DNA of 59,343 nt from positions 1,984,001 to 2,043,343 of the forward strand of contig BCGN01000003.1 of NCBI GenBank assembly GCA_001599295.1, read 5' to 3'. Each line of letters starts with the position of its first letter. Within the stretch, counting starts at the first letter, position 1. Under the pieces are notes generated by a model. It did not search any database. It saw only the letters and a list, made by a program, of their open reading frames with translations, and was not told the DNA's origin. The stretch comes from Sporopachydermia quercuum. Lineage: Eukaryota. Position numbers and translations under genes: made by a program. Shown here piece by piece: positions 56,596 through 59,343 of this stretch.

Positions 56596-57793
56596 CCAAG
56601 TCTACAATGTAGAATTGAGTTATTGGATTAATATCAATGGTAGATTGATATTGATAGCACATGAAATAAATAGTGAAATATTAGAGTTCGTATGATCTGG
56701 AACTATTAGCATTCCTAATATTCCAATAACTTGGTTTGATTCTCAACTGATAGATCCTAAAGCATGAACGTTTAGAGCCTGAAACATATTATATGGCTTT
56801 TTCTTTTGGGTACAGAGTTTCGAATAGAAAAATGAAAGATGGTGGAGAAGTTGCCCACTTCTGGGTAGTATGAACTGGATGAGGTGGCACCGTTTGGAGT
56901 GATTTTGGGATATAACATTATTATTACTTGGAGTAAATTTAAAAAGAAACAGAAATGAGAGAATCAGATATGTTCAAAGTTGAAACTATGTTTTAATCTA
57001 TTCATCAGAATAGTTAGATTATTAAATATATTTGGTTGAATGAAATCTTTAAAGATAATGTTGAAATAGAAGAGACTGTGCCCCGATGATATATAACAAT
57101 ATATTTAATTTTAGCTCGCAGAAACTTTACATGTTTGAAAACCCTAAAAGCTTAATTAAGTATCACTAAATCTAAAGTGTCTATATTCATCGAAACAACG
57201 TACATAAAGCTTTAAAATATAGCAGAGATCGATTAGAACAAATAAGAAAATAAATCGCTGAAATATTTATATATTCATATATCTAGATATCAATAGATAT
57301 CGTGCAATGAGANGAGAAGACCACAGATGCAGTGGTAGTTTNAGGTTACGTATAAACTTTCACATTCATGTTGAACCTTATATCAATAACTTTATCCGGA
57401 ACGGAAGCAAAAAATGCATTTTCGATCCGAAATTTATTACGGTTCGGAGGTAAATTCAACCTTTATGAATGATAATTCATATATCAAACGCAATTTGAAA
57501 GATAAAACTCCTTATTCCAATAATTTCACTCTATTTTTAGATTTTAATGCTGTCTAGCAGTAGGCAATGANAATAGCAAGTTGACATGGCATTGCTTGAA
57601 ATGATGAACTCGAAAATACTGCTTCTAAAGATTGCAATAAACTATTAAGAGATTTGGAAAGGATTGTGNAGTATAAATTAAAGGTCGCTGAATCCTGGAT
57701 TACTCTGAGGATCATCATCTCTTCAGATAATCAACGGAACGCTTATAAACCATCTATCTAGCTATACAAGGATTCCAGTAAATTACCTTTACA

Positions 57794-58753
57794 ATGTCAG
57801 AAACCATCTCCTGGACTGCTTACGAGTACACTCCAAATCTTGGAGCAAATGCATTTTTCATTGGGGTATTTGCCGTCGGGTCCATTTATCTATCAGCCTA
57901 TTTGGCATATGTTCATCGAAGCCATTGGACGAGACTAACGGTCTTCAATGAAGAAAAAATCAGAAACAGTCAATTGCTCAAGAAAAGATATNTCAAAGTG
58001 CANATTCCGTTTCTCATTGGTTTAATCTTAGAAGTCATTGGATACATTGGCCGAGTTGCTTCTCATTATAACAAAACCTCCATAGGTCCTTACATCATTC
58101 AGTCGATTACCCTACTGGTAGCTCCTTCGTTGTTGGCAGCAACAATTTACATGATATTTGGTGAGATTCTCAAGGCTTATGACGCTGGGAATGCTTCATT
58201 TGTGAGATTAAAATATCTTACAAAGGNCTTTGTTCTTGGAGACTGTATTTCTATCTTTCTGCAATTTGCTGGCGGAGGGCTCATGTCTGTTAGATCTTCG
58301 ACGAATTTTAGAACCATTGGGCGATATGTTGTTTTGGTTGGCCTTATAGTGCAAGTGATCTTTTTCACTTTTTTTCTAATCAATGAAGTGAAGGTGCTTT
58401 ACGTCCTTTCGCAACCTAATGAGAAGTTCAGCAATAGACATCCTCCGAAACATTCCATGCGGGATTCTATGTCTTGGAAGTTTATGATTGGCTCTTTATT
58501 TGTTGTGGGAATCCTAATTTTGATTCGATCTATTTTCAGAGTTATTGAATATGCTGAAGGATACGATGGAGTTTTAATGAGCAGTGAAATTTATTTATTG
58601 GTTCTTGACAGTGCAATGATAACTACTGCTTGCATAGTTTTCCTGGGATCAAATTATTCTTATAGGTTGATTCGAAGGTTCAACTCAAGAGATGATAGTA
58701 CATCTTTATCAATGAGTTCTGTTGAAAGTTTCACGAATGGAGGCTTAGCTTAA
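57794..58753 (+). CDS. RTA1/Rsb1-like lipid-translocating exporter family membrane protein
   Basis: YEYTPNL, LEVIGYIGR, PYIIQSITLLVAPSLLAATIYM, FVLGD.ISIFLQFAGGGL, LILIRSIFRVIEYAEG.DG.L...E....LD. Confidence 0.9.
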   Translation: MSETISWTAYEYTPNLGANAFFIGVFAVGSIYLSAYLAYVHRSHWTRLTVFNEEKIRNSQLLKKRYXKVXIPFLIGLILEVIGYIGRVASHYNKTSIGPYIIQSITLLVAPSLLAATIYMIFGEILKAYDAGNASFVRLKYLTKXFVLGDCISIFLQFAGGGLMSVRSSTNFRTIGRYVVLVGLIVQVIFFTFFLINEVKVLYVLSQPNEKFSNRHPPKHSMRDSMSWKFMIGSLFVVGILILIRSIFRVIEYAEGYDGVLMSSEIYLLVLDSAMITTACIVFLGSNYSYRLIRRFNSRDDSTSLSMSSVESFTNGGLA

Positions 58754-58811
58754 CTAGGCTGTAGAGTACATATTGAAACAATTCTAACTTCTATAATAAA
58801 TTTCATGGCTC

Positions 58812-59342
58812 TCAAATNGTCCCATCTAAGTTTCCAAAAAATGCCTCTCCAAAAATATCTGGAAGTAGAATCATTTCTCCATTGATATTTCTGGGTTCAT
58901 TGTTCTTGAAAAGAACTAATTCAGTGTCGATACTTCCTTCTGCTTCAATGTTATTGTTTCCATCAATCGAGCAGTTTCTGTTTCTTAATTCTTCTTCATA
59001 TAGAATTCTGATATGATCGACCATCAAATAGAAACTGTTGATATCCTCCAACCCTGTGAATGGTTTCAACACGCATAGAAGGTTATTTATACGTCCTGAA
59101 TCTAAATGATCAATGTTCCATTTTCTCGGATATTGAAACAGACTCATAAAAGCAGAAAAAGCATCAAAAAATATACCCAAATATTGAATTAAATCCGCCT
59201 CTGAGAAAGAAGATATGAAGCNAGCAAAGTCCAAAATACGTCTCGCAGAATCGATATAGCGTTCAAAGTAGCTCAAAACTTCTAATCGGTCGAAATTGCT
59301 TTTGTAAAGATGAAATCCACATCTGTATGAAAGCAGTTTATA
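58812..59342 (-). CDS. 3' end of a gene running off the window; probable fungal Zn-cluster transcription factor C-terminus
   Basis: Frame is open from the window edge (YKLLSYRCGF...FERYIDSARRILDFA...) to the stop at 58812. The Y..LL.R...A..I pattern and acidic tail resemble fungal TF C-termini, but no DNA-binding domain is visible. Confidence 0.4.
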   Translation of the reverse strand, partial: YKLLSYRCGFHLYKSNFDRLEVLSYFERYIDSARRILDFAXFISSFSEADLIQYLGIFFDAFSAFMSLFQYPRKWNIDHLDSGRINNLLCVLKPFTGLEDINSFYLMVDHIRILYEEELRNRNCSIDGNNNIEAEGSIDTELVLFKNNEPRNINGEMILLPDIFGEAFFGNLDGXI

Positions 59343-59343
59343 G

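Overview
Eukaryotic fungal DNA, most likely an early-diverging budding yeast (Saccharomycotina). It has compact genes, a few spliceosomal introns with GTAAGT/GTATGT/GTACGT donors and mostly TACTAAC branch points, and CTG at conserved Leu positions (standard code). The first ~36 kb is housekeeping: a YOR238W-like DUF218 protein, PXA1, TFIIIA (PZF1), ATG13, SKI3, RPC82, SmF, NCBP3-like, NOC3, NudC, ADI1 and QCR2; four of these have coding introns that the ORF track splits. From ~38 kb the window looks accessory or subtelomere-like, and ambiguous 'n' bases rise sharply after ~42 kb. That part holds a DCG1-like hydantoin racemase, a 5-intron NirA-like Zn2Cys6 factor, a nitrilase with a GATA-rich promoter and a sugar-porter MFS gene, together a candidate nitrile/nitrogen-scavenging cluster. 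Next come a tandem GAL7-GAL1 pair without GAL10 (GAL7 has HVH instead of the HPH active-site motif), an unannotated siderophore-transporter pseudogene, an RTA1-like gene and the 3' end of a probable fungal transcription factor. No tRNA, rRNA, CRISPR or intact transposon was recognised. All family calls are by-eye motif recognition; no searches were run.
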